A stretch of DNA of 64,000 bases, taken from an uncultured Gemmatimonadales bacterium (lineage in GTDB: Bacteria; Gemmatimonadota; Gemmatimonadetes; Gemmatimonadales; GWC2-71-9). The position numbers were made by a program, and so were the translations under genes. The stretch lies in contig CAWGVP010000002.1 of the NCBI GenBank assembly GCA_963826065.1, forward strand, positions 243,361 to 307,360, in the 5' to 3' direction. Below, piece after piece: positions 1-8,805 of the stretch (position 1 is its first letter; the number at the start of each line of letters is the position of its first letter). The notes under the pieces are model-generated. The model did no database searches, had not been told where the DNA came from, and worked only from the letters and a program-made list of their open reading frames with translations.

Positions 1-107
1 ACCCCCAGAGCCTGCCGCTTGAGGCGGTGGACCTGCTCCGTAAGATCATAGACGGAAAGACGTCGGAGGTGGTGGACCGAGCGCTCGCGGACCTGCTGGG
101 CCTATGA
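1..107 (+). CDS. 3' end of an unidentified CDS (partial; rest lies upstream of window)
   Basis: Frame open from window edge, GC-rich third positions, ends ...EVVDRALADLLGL then TGA 105-107; too short for family assignment. Confidence 0.3.
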   Translation, partial: PQSLPLEAVDLLRKIIDGKTSEVVDRALADLLGL

Positions 108-116
108 GAACCGTGT

Positions 117-147
117 GCTGCCCCACTGCCCCGCTGCCCCGCTGCCT
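117..147. repeat. (CCCCRCTG)3 micro-array between convergent genes
   Basis: GCTGCCCCACTGCCCCGCTGCCCCGCTGCC. Confidence 0.7.
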
Positions 148-150
148 CGC

Positions 151-594
151 TTAGACAAACACTCCCGAGCGAAACCTCCAGATCCGGCCCAGCAGGTCGT
201 CGAGCATGCCCTGGGTCGCGAACACGTTGACCGCCTCCGCCGTGGCGGCGGCGTCGGCGCCCCAGAGTGCCGCCCGCTTCAAGTCGCCCTCGAAGTCGGC
301 CTGGATGAAGACCCGCTCCTCGTTGCTGTACACCGTCGGAAGAATCTCCGAGAATTCCTGAGCAACGCCGTTGGCACCCGGGCCGCCGATCGCCACCGTG
401 GGGTTCAAGTGGAAGATCCGGTTCTCCAGGTACCACATGTCCGCGACGACGACGGCCCGCCGGTAGGCGTGTCCGGCCCCGCGACGGTCGATCTCCGCCT
501 TCAAGAGGTAGGCGAGCGGACGGTCCCGCTCCTCGGCCGTGAGGGACGCGCCGGTCACCAGCACGACGGTCTCCTCGGTGTCCACCAGCTTCAT
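151..594 (-). CDS. hypothetical protein, 147 aa, family not recognised
   Basis: ORF-track ORF with protein-like composition; ATG at 594 is 9 nt after the stop (604-606) of the upstream same-strand gene; glycine-rich loop AIGGPGANGVAQEF. Confidence 0.6.
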   Translation of the reverse strand: MKLVDTEETVVLVTGASLTAEERDRPLAYLLKAEIDRRGAGHAYRRAVVVADMWYLENRIFHLNPTVAIGGPGANGVAQEFSEILPTVYSNEERVFIQADFEGDLKRAALWGADAAATAEAVNVFATQGMLDDLLGRIWRFRSGVFV

Positions 595-603
595 CTGCTC
601 ACG

Positions 604-1475
604 GGGTAGGTGGCTCCTCGGGCGGCGGCGCGGTGCGCTGGTTCCGCTTGAATTCCTCTTCCCGCTCCTTCCGCAGCCGCATGTCCCGGATCATGTCCTT
701 GAAGTCCTGAAGATTCTGCGCGCGCTGCGCGGCGTACTGGAGGTCGGCGCGCATGCCCATCAGATGATTATAGGCCCGGTTCTGATCGATGTTGCCCCCT
801 GGGATCGGGAGCAGCGCCAGGACCGCCGCCGGAATCTTGAGCCCGGCGATGTAGATGTTGGAGGAGTCGAGCCCGAACTTGGTTCCCGCGACGTTGGTGG
901 TCCAATCCGGCAGCGCCGCCCTCCCGCGACGAGGGGTCGGCCGCGATGGAATCGAGGTAGGCCTGCACGATCGCCGTCACCGCGCTGTCCACCAGCTCCG
1001 CGTGTCGCTGCTGCGTCAGACGCTCCGCCAGCTCCTTGGGCGGGAGCGGCAGTGGCCGGACCCAGAGGCGGCCCTCCGCGAGCCCGGGGCCGATCCGTCC
1101 GATGGCGACCGGCTGGCGGGGAGCGGGATCCGGCGCGGCCCCGGTGTCCGACCGCTCCGTCTCCGGCTCCCGGGTCTCCGGCACCACCACCGGGGTCTCC
1201 GGCCGAGGCCGGGGTGGTGCCGGCGTCGGCACCGCCCCGCTGCCCCGCTGCCCCGCTGCCCCACCGCCCTGTTCGTACCGCATCGGCGCCTCGCGCAGAC
1301 CCTCCGCAGGCGGTGCCAGCACCACGAGCTGATGCGGCCGCCTCGGAACCTCCGGCAGCCTTCCCTCGATCGACCCGAAGACCACGAGCGCAAGGTGCAC
1401 CGCCGCGCTGACCGCGATCGCTGGCCAGGGCCACCCCCCGCGGCGAAGGCGATCCAGGTCAGGGGGTGGTCGCAA
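604..1475 (-). pseudogene. membrane-anchored proline-rich protein; reading frame broken once (shift somewhere in about 905-945), possibly a sequence error
   Basis: N-terminal frame (ORF 768..1475): TM helix WPWPAIAVSAAVHLALVVFG, Pro-rich linker, ...AYLDSIAADPSS. A second frame with very high GC3 continues ...LPDWTTNVAGTKFGLDSSNIYIAGLKIP...EEFKRNQRTAPPPEEPPTP and stops at 604-606. Frame offset 2 computed from coordinates. Confidence 0.55.
1235..1262. repeat. (CCCCGCTG)3CCCC micro-array inside the Pro-rich linker of the 604..1475 gene
   Basis: Perfect three units; read on the coding strand gives GGAAGQRGSGA. Confidence 0.75.
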
Positions 1476-2655
1476 GCTCTCCTCGGCGGACAGCTTCGAG
1501 GCTGCGCCCCAGCCGGACGGCCGCTTCCTTCAGCCGATCGGCACCCACGGTGAGGGCGATTCGAAAGAAGCCTTCGCCCGCGGGACCGAACGCGCTCCCC
1601 GGCAACACCAGCGCGCCGGTCTCTTCCAGAGTCTGGCGCGCGAACACCGCGGACGGTACCCCGGCCGGGAGCGCCACCCACAGGTACATCGCCGCCTTGG
1701 GCGACTCCAGCGCGAATCCGGCGGCGCGCAGCGCCGACACGGCGGTGTCCCTCCGCCGCCTCAACTCCTCGCGGATCGGTGCGACTACCTCGTCGGCCCG
1801 GTCGAGCACCGCCGCGCCCGCCTTCTGCACCGCGAGAAACGGCCCGGTGTCGGTGTACGACTTCACCCTGGTGAGCGCCCCGATGAGCTCCGCGCGTCCG
1901 GCGGCGAAGCCGAGGCGCCACCCGGTCATGGAGAAGCTCTTGGACAAGGAAAAGAACTCCAGCGCGACGTCCGCCGCGCCCGGAATCTCGAAGATGCTGG
2001 GCGCGCGGTAGTCGTCGAAGGTGAGGTCGCAATAGGCGTTGTCGTACGCCAGGAGGATGCCGTGCCGCCGGCAAGTGGCGACCGTCCGCTCCAGGTACTC
2101 CGGCGTCGCCACGGCGGCGGTCGGGTTGTTCGGGTAGTTGACGAACACCAGCTTGGCCCGTCGGAGCACTGCCTCGGGCACCTTGTCGAGATCCAGCAGA
2201 AAACCGTTCTCCGGCCGCAGCGCCGCGATGTACGGCTCCGCCCCCGCGAGCAGCGAGCCCCCGAGATAAGCCTGGTATCCCGGCTCCGGCACGATGGTGG
2301 CGTCGCCCGGATTTACCACCGCGAACGGCAGGTGCGCCAGCCCGTCCTTCGATCCGATCAGGGGAAGGATCTCGGTGACCGGATCGAACCGCTTGCCGAA
2401 GCGGCGCTCGATCCACCGGCTCGCGGCCTGACGGAACGCCGGCAGCCCCTGCTGGAAGCCGTACTTGCTGTACGCCGGATCGGCCAGCGCCTCGGTCATC
2501 GTGCTCACCGCGATGGCCGGGGGCGGCGTGTCGTTGTCGCCCGCGCCGAGATCGATCACATCCATCCCCGACTCGATGAGCCGTCGCTTGATGCTGGGAA
2601 TCTCGGCCAGGGGATACCCCGGCAATGACTTCACCCGTGCGCTGATCTCGATCAT
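1459..2655 (-). CDS. PLP-dependent aminotransferase, class I/II (AspC/DapL-like)
   Basis: Starts MIEISARVKSLPGYPL (ATG 2655, inside longer ORF 1459..2967); NYPNNPT and SLSKSFSMTGWRLGF (PLP-lysine motif); ATGA overlap with upstream FAH gene. Confidence 0.85.
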   Translation of the reverse strand: MIEISARVKSLPGYPLAEIPSIKRRLIESGMDVIDLGAGDNDTPPPAIAVSTMTEALADPAYSKYGFQQGLPAFRQAASRWIERRFGKRFDPVTEILPLIGSKDGLAHLPFAVVNPGDATIVPEPGYQAYLGGSLLAGAEPYIAALRPENGFLLDLDKVPEAVLRRAKLVFVNYPNNPTAAVATPEYLERTVATCRRHGILLAYDNAYCDLTFDDYRAPSIFEIPGAADVALEFFSLSKSFSMTGWRLGFAAGRAELIGALTRVKSYTDTGPFLAVQKAGAAVLDRADEVVAPIREELRRRRDTAVSALRAAGFALESPKAAMYLWVALPAGVPSAVFARQTLEETGALVLPGSAFGPAGEGFFRIALTVGADRLKEAAVRLGRSLEAVRRGELATTP

Positions 2656-3275
2656 TGGCGATCGCCCTTCACTGGATTGGAGAGCACCCCGACACCGGGT
2701 ATCTCGATGTCCACCCGATCGCCGTCCTGGAGCGGGGCGGTGCCCGCCGGCGTGCCGGTGGCGATGAGATCGCCGGGCTCGAGGGTCATGATCCCGCTCA
2801 GGAACGAGACCAGATCGGGAATCGGAAAGTGCATGTCGGTGGCCCGCGCGCGCTGGCGCTCGACGCCGTTGACCCGGCAGATGATCTCCAGGTTGCGCCA
2901 GTCGAGGCCCTGCGCCACCCTCGGACCCACGGGGCAGAAGGTGTCGAATCCCTTGGCGCGGCCCCACTGGCCGTCCACCTTCTGGAGGTCCCGGCAGGTG
3001 ACGTCGTTCACGCAGGTATACCCGTCGATGGCGCGGACCGCCTCCGCGGGCCCCAGATTCCGGGCCCTCGAACCAATCACCACGCCGATCTCCGCCTCGA
3101 ACTCCACTCTCTGGGAGACGCCAGGCAAGCGGATCGTGTCACCATCGCCGATCAGCGAGCTGGGAGGCTTGAAGAAGATGATGGGTACCGCCGGCATCTC
3201 GTTGCCCAGCTCCTTCGCGTGGGCGACGTAGTTCCGGCCGATGCCGATGATCTTCGACGGCCGCAGAGGGGTCAA
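2652..3275 (-). CDS. fumarylacetoacetate hydrolase (FAH) family protein
   Basis: KIIGIGRNYVAHAKELG...PIIFFKPPSS...EAEIGVVIG...GDLIATGTPAG, typical FAH-fold hydratase/isomerase motifs; 4-nt overlaps at both ends. Confidence 0.85.
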   Translation of the reverse strand: MTPLRPSKIIGIGRNYVAHAKELGNEMPAVPIIFFKPPSSLIGDGDTIRLPGVSQRVEFEAEIGVVIGSRARNLGPAEAVRAIDGYTCVNDVTCRDLQKVDGQWGRAKGFDTFCPVGPRVAQGLDWRNLEIICRVNGVERQRARATDMHFPIPDLVSFLSGIMTLEPGDLIATGTPAGTAPLQDGDRVDIEIPGVGVLSNPVKGDRQ

Positions 3276-5773
3276 ACGATGGCTCCGATCCCGTGTCGGG
3301 CAAAGAAGTCCTCACACTTGGTGCGCACCTGGGCCCAGGTGCCGACGACCCGTTCCGCCCGCGGCAACCCGCCGAGCAGCAGCGGCCCATATCGCTTGGT
3401 TACCGCCCTGCTGTCGAGTAGTACGACGACGCCGAGGTCCTTCCGGCTCCTGATCAGGCGGCCGAACCCCTGTTTCAGCTTGAGCGCGGCATGCGGGAGC
3501 AGGTAATGGAAGAATCCGTCCTGCCCCTCCTCTACGAGCCGCTCCAGCCGTGCGGCGGTCAGCGGTTCCGAGGGAACCTTGAAAGGTAGCTTGTTGATCA
3601 CCAGGGCGCGGAGCGCGCGGCCCGGTACGTCCACCCCCTCCCAGAACGAGTCGGTGCCGAGCAGAATGGCATTCTCCGCTTCGCGGAATCGTCGCAGCAG
3701 GATGTCGCGCGGGGCCTCACCCTGCACCAGTAGCGGCCATCGGGTTCCGAGCATCATCCGAAGCTCGGCGGCCGCGCGGCGCAGTGAGGCGTGACTGGTG
3801 AAGAGCACGAACATCCCGCCGTCCGAAGCGTAGGCCAGGTCGGAGACGATCTGGACCACGGCGGCGCCGTGGCCGATCTCGTCCTCCCGCGGCTCGGGCA
3901 GATCGGTGGGGACGCCGAACAGGCATTGCGATGGGAAGTCGAAGGGCGATGAGAAGATCTGGCGCTCGGTGACGGGCGAGTCCTCCCCCCCGAGCCCCAG
4001 CCGGCCCTCCAGAAACTCGAAATCACCGCTCGCGGCCAGCGTCGCGCTGGTGAGCACCACCGTCTCCAGGCGGTCGAACAACAGCTCGCGCAGCAACGGG
4101 GCGAGATCCAGGGGCACGGCGGAGAGCTGGACATTCTGCCCTCGGGTCGTCCGCTCCATCCAGCGTACCGTCGGGGGACCGCCGCCCGCCGGCCGGAGCG
4201 TCCGGTTGAGGCCGTCCGACACCGCCTCGAGCCGCCGCAGCGCGCCACGCAGCTCGAGCAGGAGCTGGCCCCGGCGCTCGGTGTCATCGGCCTGCGACAG
4301 TCGGTCGGCGATCGTCTCCACGCTCTCGCGCAGGGCGCGGAAGGCGGTCAGGGTCGCATCGAGGTCCAATGCCAGGCCCTCGTCCCAGATCTGGTCCACC
4401 GCGAAGTCGTCGCTCAGCCGGAGTTGTCCCGCCGGCGCCTCCGCCAGCCGCTCGTACAGGCGGTGGAACATCGCCTCGCTCGCGCGCCGGGCGTCAGTCA
4501 GCGCGGGATACAGCCGCTGCCGCAGGATCTCGAGGCTCTCCCGGCTGGGCGGATCGCTCCGCGCCGCCAGCTCGTGCGAGAGCGTGGGTGCCAACCCTCG
4601 CCCGTTCCGCTCGAAGCGCGACAGGAGCCGCCGCACCGACCGGCTGGTCACCTGCACGCCGAGGTGACCGGCGGCGACCTCCTCGAGATGATGGGCCTCG
4701 TCCAGCACCAGGCGCTTGTACGGCGGCAGTACCGCGGCTTCCTCCCAGTTGTCCTGGGCCCGGCGCACCGAGAGATCGGCGGCCAGCAGGTGGTGATTCA
4801 CCACGACGACGTCCGCCTCGGCGGCGCGGCGGCGGGCGCGGAACAGGAAGCAGCGATCGAACTGCGGACACTTCAGACGGGGACAGAGATCGGCCTCCGC
4901 GCTCACCTCGTCCCAGACCTCGGGCGTCGGGGTCACCGGCAGATCGCTGAGCGTGCCGTCCAGCGTGTGGCCGGCCCACTCGGACAGGCCGACCAGCTCG
5001 TCGAGCTTGTCGCCCTCCAGGAGGGTGCGCTGCGCCCCGACCGCCTGGTGCAGCCGCGAGAGGCAGAGATAGTTCCGCCACCCCTTGAGCAGCGCGAAGC
5101 TCGGCGTGTAGTCCCCGGTGGTGAGCGCCTCGCGCAGCAACGGCAGATCCTTGCCGACCAGCTGCTCCTGCAGGTTGATCGTGTTGGTGCTGACGACCGT
5201 GCGCTCCTGGTTGGTGCGCGCCCAGGCAAGTGCGGGCACCAGGTACGCGAAGGACTTTCCGACCCCGGTACCCGCCTCCATCAGCTGCACGCCGCCGTCG
5301 TTGTAGCCGTCCGCGATGTAGGCCGCCATGTCGCGCTGGCTGCGGCGGTCCTCGTACTGCCCCATGTGCTCCGCGATCGGCCCGCGCTCACCCAGGGCGT
5401 CGATCACGTCGAAGGGATCGATCCGGACGGTGGGGCGGTCGCGGGGCACCTCGACGACCACGTAGATGTCGGTGGCCCCGTTGTCGATGATGCCGAAGCC
5501 GATGCCGCCATCGTGCAGCCGGGCGGCGACGTTGAGGTCGGCGGGCGAGGGAGAGAGGTGCCCACTCGGGTGATTGTGCAGCAGCATCTCGCCGCGGCAG
5601 GCGGTGCCCGGGAGGGCGAGCACCATGTCCACGGTGCCGCGGGCCACCACCCGCGCCGCCGTGACGACGCCGTCGCGATCCACCTGCGCGACGAACGACA
5701 CCTCGCGTCCCCCCGCGGCCGCGATCTCGCCCGCGAGGAACGCCCGGACGCCCGGGGCAATGCGCTCGCTCAA
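3272..5773 (-). CDS. dinG: ATP-dependent DinG/XPD-family Fe-S DNA helicase with N-terminal RadC-like JAB/MPN domain
   Basis: N-term HNHPSGHLSPSPAD JAMM motif; Walker A GTGVGKSFAYLVPA; DEAHHLEE; Cys cluster CPRLKCPQFDRC (C-x4-C-x5-C). Confidence 0.85.
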   Translation of the reverse strand: MSERIAPGVRAFLAGEIAAAGGREVSFVAQVDRDGVVTAARVVARGTVDMVLALPGTACRGEMLLHNHPSGHLSPSPADLNVAARLHDGGIGFGIIDNGATDIYVVVEVPRDRPTVRIDPFDVIDALGERGPIAEHMGQYEDRRSQRDMAAYIADGYNDGGVQLMEAGTGVGKSFAYLVPALAWARTNQERTVVSTNTINLQEQLVGKDLPLLREALTTGDYTPSFALLKGWRNYLCLSRLHQAVGAQRTLLEGDKLDELVGLSEWAGHTLDGTLSDLPVTPTPEVWDEVSAEADLCPRLKCPQFDRCFLFRARRRAAEADVVVVNHHLLAADLSVRRAQDNWEEAAVLPPYKRLVLDEAHHLEEVAAGHLGVQVTSRSVRRLLSRFERNGRGLAPTLSHELAARSDPPSRESLEILRQRLYPALTDARRASEAMFHRLYERLAEAPAGQLRLSDDFAVDQIWDEGLALDLDATLTAFRALRESVETIADRLSQADDTERRGQLLLELRGALRRLEAVSDGLNRTLRPAGGGPPTVRWMERTTRGQNVQLSAVPLDLAPLLRELLFDRLETVVLTSATLAASGDFEFLEGRLGLGGEDSPVTERQIFSSPFDFPSQCLFGVPTDLPEPREDEIGHGAAVVQIVSDLAYASDGGMFVLFTSHASLRRAAAELRMMLGTRWPLLVQGEAPRDILLRRFREAENAILLGTDSFWEGVDVPGRALRALVINKLPFKVPSEPLTAARLERLVEEGQDGFFHYLLPHAALKLKQGFGRLIRSRKDLGVVVLLDSRAVTKRYGPLLLGGLPRAERVVGTWAQVRTKCEDFFARHGIGAIV

Positions 5774-7062
5774 GTCTTAAGCTCTTTCTTCTTCGCGGCC
5801 GGGAACAGCACGTTGTTGAGGATCAACCGATAGCCGGGCGAATGGGGGTGCAGGGACAGATCGGTCGGCGCGTCGCCGATCTGATGCTGGGGGTCTTCCG
5901 GATCGTGCCCGCCGAAGAACGTCCAGGTCCCCTGCCCGCGCTCGCCATGGATGTATTTCACCCACGGCGCCCCCGTCTCCTCCGCCAGGACGGTCACCTT
6001 CGGTTTGAGCCTCCGGCGGGTGTAGCTGGTCGTGAGGCCGTAGAAATCGGGAATCACCTGGCGATGGTTCTGCACCAGCATGGTCGCCACCGGATCGATC
6101 TTGGCGCTGAAATTGAACAGGCTGAACGATCCCAGGGGCTGGCGCCGGTCAGGCGAGTTCACCTGGTGTCCATCGATGTCGGAGTACACCGGCATTGTGG
6201 GGCTCAGCTCCAGCTCGGCATCCTGGAACGCGAGCGACCGCTCCCACCGCATCGCCGCCGTCGCGTTCGCCTCCATCGGCGAACCGTCGGCATACGCCGC
6301 GGCGATGTCCACGCCGTCCGACGCCAGCGCCAGGTCGAGGGTCTCGGTGGCGGTGCACATCGCGAAGAGGAACCCGCCGCGCTCGACGAACTGGCTGATC
6401 GCCTGGGCCACGGCGCGCTTCTCCGCGGGCACCGAGGGGTAGCCCAGGGAGCGCGCCATCGCCCGGTTCTGCTGCACCATCTCCATCAGCCACGGCGCCC
6501 CGGCGTAGTTGAGGAAGAACTTGGAGTATTGGCCGGTGAAGTCCTCATGGTGGAGGTGCAGCCAGTCGAAGCTCCGAAGCCCCTCTCCCACCACCTCCGG
6601 ATCCCAGATCTTCTCGAACTTGATGCCCGCGTAGTTGAGCGCCATCGTCACCGCGTCGTCCCATGGAGCGGCGTTGGGCGGCGCGTACACCGCCACCTTC
6701 GGCGCCTTCTCCAGCGGCACGGCGTCCATGTTCCCGTTCTGGATCTCGCCGCGCACCTCGACCAGGCGGCCGTCGTCCAGCGGCTCGGTGGTGATGCCCG
6801 CCAGGGCGGCGTCGCGGCTGGTCGCGCCGTCGGCCGGAAGCAGGAAGGCACCGCCGCGATAATTCAGGAACCACTCCGCCTTTCCGCCGCGCTCCAGCAG
6901 CCTGAACGCCAGGCCATAAGCCTTGAGATGATCCGACTGGCCGTCGTCCATCGGCACGAGGAGCCACGGCGCCGCCCGGCTCCACACCGGAATACGCACG
7001 ATGCCCGGGGTCAGCGCGAGTAGTCCCGCGCAGGTTCGTCCCACGAACTCCCTGCGTCTCAT
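5770..7062 (-). CDS. Tat-signal protein, class I glutamine amidotransferase-like fold (function unknown)
   Basis: N-term MRRREFVGRTCAGLLAL (twin-arginine); nucleophile-elbow-like GGFLFAMCTATETLD; 4-nt overlaps with both neighbours. Fold assignment is from memory of similar proteins, not searched. Confidence 0.6.
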   Translation of the reverse strand: MRRREFVGRTCAGLLALTPGIVRIPVWSRAAPWLLVPMDDGQSDHLKAYGLAFRLLERGGKAEWFLNYRGGAFLLPADGATSRDAALAGITTEPLDDGRLVEVRGEIQNGNMDAVPLEKAPKVAVYAPPNAAPWDDAVTMALNYAGIKFEKIWDPEVVGEGLRSFDWLHLHHEDFTGQYSKFFLNYAGAPWLMEMVQQNRAMARSLGYPSVPAEKRAVAQAISQFVERGGFLFAMCTATETLDLALASDGVDIAAAYADGSPMEANATAAMRWERSLAFQDAELELSPTMPVYSDIDGHQVNSPDRRQPLGSFSLFNFSAKIDPVATMLVQNHRQVIPDFYGLTTSYTRRRLKPKVTVLAEETGAPWVKYIHGERGQGTWTFFGGHDPEDPQHQIGDAPTDLSLHPHSPGYRLILNNVLFPAAKKKELKT

Positions 7063-8801
7063 GTCTCGGGAACGGCGCCGCGCGCCTGGTCGAGCGCGCG
7101 TCGGGCCTGGGGCACCAGCGCGCTCTCCGGATAGGTGAGAATGAGGTGCTCCAGCTGCTTGACGGCTTCGGCACCGCGGCGGCCGGCGAGCATGAGCTCA
7201 GCCAGCGCCAGCTCGGCCGCCGGCGCAGTGGCCGGCGCCTCCCGGGAGGCCGCCGCGCGGTAGAGCTGCTCGGCGAGGTCGGGGTCGCCTTTGGCGGCCG
7301 CCAGCCGGCCGGCCAGCAGCCGCAGCTCGGCGCCGCCCTTGGCCGGCGGCAGATCCGACGCCACCGACTGGAGCTCCGCCAGCGCCTGGGTGGTGTCGCC
7401 CTGCTCCAGGCGCAGCAGCGCCCCGCCGAGCGGTCGGAGCGTATCCGCCTCGATCGGCTGGAGCAGGGCGAGCAGCATCGTTCGCCGGGTCGCTTCGGCG
7501 CGCTCTCCCGCGTAGGGGCCGGCCTCCCTGAAGCTCTCCACCGCGCCCCTCAAGTCACCTCGGTAGAGCCTGATCCGCCCGGCGAGGGCGAATCCATCGA
7601 TGGTGCTGTCCCGGCCCAGGACGGAGTCGGCCCGGTCGAGCTCGCCCTTGCTGACGTAGGCACTGGCGAGCGCGCGGCCGAGCGCGGCATGCTCCTCGCC
7701 GCTCAGCTGCGACCGGAGCTCGCGGAGCCGGCCGGCGGCTTCGCTCAGCTTTCCCTCGCCGATGAGCACGCTGAGGAGGGCGGACGCAGCCCCCGACGAC
7801 ACCGCGTCCGGAGCCGACCGGTCGTCCGCCAGCCCGCCGAGCATCCGCCTCGCGGCATCGCGGTCGCCGGCCGCGGAATAGGCTTGAGCGGCCTCCAGAC
7901 GGGTGCGGGCCGCCTGGTTGCCGGAGAGTCGGGCGGCGATGGCCTCCAGGGCGCGGCCCTGCGCCCGCAAGGCATCCTGGCTTCGTTGCATCCGGAGCTG
8001 GTCCACCAGTCCCCGCAGGGCGTCCAGACCCTGCGCTCGTCCGGGAGGCAGTCCCGACTCGAGCGCCGCGAGTCCTCCGAGCGGATCGCCCCATCTGACC
8101 CTCAGCTCCGATTCAAGGCGGCGGGCGGTGAAGTCGGTTTCGGCCGACAGGATGCGCAGGATCTCGGACCGCTTGGTGGCCGGCGCATGGCTCAGCGTGG
8201 CGACCGCTGTGACCCGATACCCCGGGAGGCGGCGGACCGCGGGGAGCCATTCCCGGGCCGCCGTCGCGTAGTCGCCCTCGGTAATCGCGAGCTGCGCCAT
8301 CTCTGCCGCGAGCACGTCCGGGCGGCCGAGGCGCTCGCGGCCCAGACGGTACGCCTCGAGCGCCCCGGCGCGCTGGCGGGATGCCAGCGCCGCCGCGCCC
8401 CATTCCCGGTAGGGCGCCTCGTCGCGAGGAGCGATCCGGGCCCAACGCTCGGCCACGGCTCGCATGCTGTCCGGCTGGTCCGCCGCTCCCCAGGCGCGCA
8501 ACGCCACGCCGTAGAGAGCCGCGTTCGACGGGTTCGCCTCCAGCGCGGCGCGAAGGTCGGGCAGGATCTCGGCGCTGCGGTCGAGCGGCAGCAGCACCCG
8601 CTCCAGCCCGAGCAGCGCGGAGAGCTCTCCCGGGCTCCGGGACAGGATTCCCCGGTACGCGGTCACCGCCCCTTCGTAGTCCCCCCGGCGCTCCAGCTCG
8701 AACGCCTGTGACAGCGTCGGGCCCTGCGCCAGCACGGCGACAGGCGCGACCCAGAGCGCAACGAGGAAACCGGACACGCTGATCACACGGGAGAGTGACA
8801 T
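7059..8801 (-). CDS. secreted TPR-like repeat protein
   Basis: Signal peptide MSLSRVISVSGFLVALWVAPVAVLAQG; Ala/Leu/Arg-rich helical repeats with repeated G(D/E)...A motifs throughout. Confidence 0.7.
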   Translation of the reverse strand: MSLSRVISVSGFLVALWVAPVAVLAQGPTLSQAFELERRGDYEGAVTAYRGILSRSPGELSALLGLERVLLPLDRSAEILPDLRAALEANPSNAALYGVALRAWGAADQPDSMRAVAERWARIAPRDEAPYREWGAAALASRQRAGALEAYRLGRERLGRPDVLAAEMAQLAITEGDYATAAREWLPAVRRLPGYRVTAVATLSHAPATKRSEILRILSAETDFTARRLESELRVRWGDPLGGLAALESGLPPGRAQGLDALRGLVDQLRMQRSQDALRAQGRALEAIAARLSGNQAARTRLEAAQAYSAAGDRDAARRMLGGLADDRSAPDAVSSGAASALLSVLIGEGKLSEAAGRLRELRSQLSGEEHAALGRALASAYVSKGELDRADSVLGRDSTIDGFALAGRIRLYRGDLRGAVESFREAGPYAGERAEATRRTMLLALLQPIEADTLRPLGGALLRLEQGDTTQALAELQSVASDLPPAKGGAELRLLAGRLAAAKGDPDLAEQLYRAAASREAPATAPAAELALAELMLAGRRGAEAVKQLEHLILTYPESALVPQARRALDQARGAVPET

Positions 8802-8805
8802 CCGC

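Noticed and set aside
151-594. Loose resemblance of AIGGPGANGVAQEF to the PGGxGTxxE loop of LOG/SLOG-type nucleotide-processing domains, which could hint at a conflict system.
   Set aside because: It is a single short glycine-rich match with no other family motifs recognised and no supporting gene context. Too weak to claim without a profile search.
1016-2416. Very long alternative-frame or antisense ORFs rich in Arg/Pro/Gly/Ala. Examples: 1016..2416, 16930..18378, 21261..23570, 41909..43762, 44708..46855, 9362..10121.
   Set aside because: Each overlaps a gene with clear family motifs on the other strand or frame. Their composition is typical of stop-codon-poor frames in high-GC DNA. I found no independent evidence of coding.
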